A stretch of DNA of 64,000 nt from an uncultured Actinomycetes bacterium (GTDB lineage Bacteria > Actinomycetota > Thermoleophilia > UBA2241): contig CAVRZA010000008.1 of assembly GCA_963725665.1 (NCBI GenBank), forward strand, positions 96,001 to 160,000, in the 5' to 3' direction. Positions 63,263 through 64,000 of the stretch are shown piece by piece. A program made the translations under genes and the position numbers. Under the pieces are notes generated by a model that saw nothing but the letters and a program-made list of their open reading frames with translations, was not told where the DNA came from and searched no databases. How positions within the stretch are numbered: position 1 is the first letter of the stretch; each line of letters starts with the position of its first letter.

Positions 63263-64000
63263 ATGAAGGTCGGTCTCCTCGGCGCAGGCCGCATCGCCAC
63301 GGCGTTCGCCGAGGGGTGGAGCCGTCCCGGTCTCGCGGCTTCTGAGCGTCCCCAGCTCTGGCTCTTCGACATCGCCGAGGAGCGGGCGCGCGAACTCGCC
63401 CGGCGCACCGACGGCCACGCTGCCGACTCGCCCGGCGAGCTCGCGCGCGCCGTCGACCTGATCGTCCTCGCCGTCGAGCCCACGGCCGTGGACGCGGCCC
63501 TGACGGCGGTCGCACCCGACGTCGGTGATACGCCGCTGGTGTCTCTGGCGGCCTTCGTGGACTTGGCCGCCCTGCGCGCGCCGCTCTCGCCGCTCGCCCG
63601 CGTGGGCCGCGTCATGCCCAACGTCGCCGCCGCCCAGGGGCGCGCGGTACTGCTCTTCGTGTCCGGCACGCTCGGCGACGCCGAGCCTGGCGTGCGTGCC
63701 GCGATCGAGCTGCTGGGAACGGTGGTGCCGATCGCGGAGGACGTGTTCGACCTCTACACGGCGGTCTCCGGGTGCGGCCCCGGTTTCATCGCTTACTTCG
63801 CCGAAGCGCTCGAGCGCGCCGCCGTCGCGGCCGGCGTGCCGGCCGCCACGGCGCGCTTGTTGGTCGCCGAGTCGGCGGCCGGCATCGGGCTCGTGATCGG
63901 CGCGCGCGGCGACCCCGGCGCGGTGCGCGAGACGATCGTGACGCCGGGCGGCATGACGGGGGCGGGCGTCAAGGTCCTCCACGACGGGGGCCTCGAGGAT
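63263..64000 (+). CDS. proC: Pyrroline-5-carboxylate reductase (runs off the window end)
   Basis: MKVGLLGAGRIA, RVMPN, SGCGPGF, VTPGGMT; no stop in the window, so absent from the ORF track. Confidence 0.9.
   Translation, partial: MKVGLLGAGRIATAFAEGWSRPGLAASERPQLWLFDIAEERARELARRTDGHAADSPGELARAVDLIVLAVEPTAVDAALTAVAPDVGDTPLVSLAAFVDLAALRAPLSPLARVGRVMPNVAAAQGRAVLLFVSGTLGDAEPGVRAAIELLGTVVPIAEDVFDLYTAVSGCGPGFIAYFAEALERAAVAAGVPAATARLLVAESAAGIGLVIGARGDPGAVRETIVTPGGMTGAGVKVLHDGGLED

Overview
Chromosomal window from a very GC-rich bacterium, probably a deep-branching actinobacterium such as Thermoleophilia. This is inferred from the Gram-positive LexA box, the gene orders and the high GC. About 1-44.4 kb and 57.8-64 kb are + strand housekeeping genes: dinB, EF-G2, yebC-ruvCAB, queH-queA-tgt-yajC, parA-ftsZ-scpAB-rluB, aroF-tyrA-aroA-cmk-plsC-ispH, der-plsY-gpsA, SAM-I/metK-priA-def-fmt-rsmB-rpe, FMN/ribD-ribE-ribBA-ribH, rpmB, asp23-fakA-degV-recG, tRNA nucleotidyltransferase, S2P, pgeF-yggS-sepF-proC. 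About 44.4-57.7 kb is accessory-looking: a GntR/MoaD/AOR remnant, a nitrilase, htrA, an OmpR-type two-component system, TetR, a MacB-type ABC system with two adaptor-like proteins, and a DUF4405-Tat-ferredoxin. Best candidate for an undescribed system: an orphan ParA overlapping an FtsZ whose N-terminus carries a ParB-like peptide (RASMRDGLNELFRR), suggesting direct ParA-FtsZ coupling. Also notable: a local regulon marked by 11-bp-phased TC(A/T)CAG-like boxes, a 25-bp tandem array, a SAM-I aptamer with an extra hairpin, and in-frame internally deleted aroH and hisC relics. About eight single-base frameshifts are probably sequencing errors. All protein assignments come from motif recognition by eye; no database searches were run.
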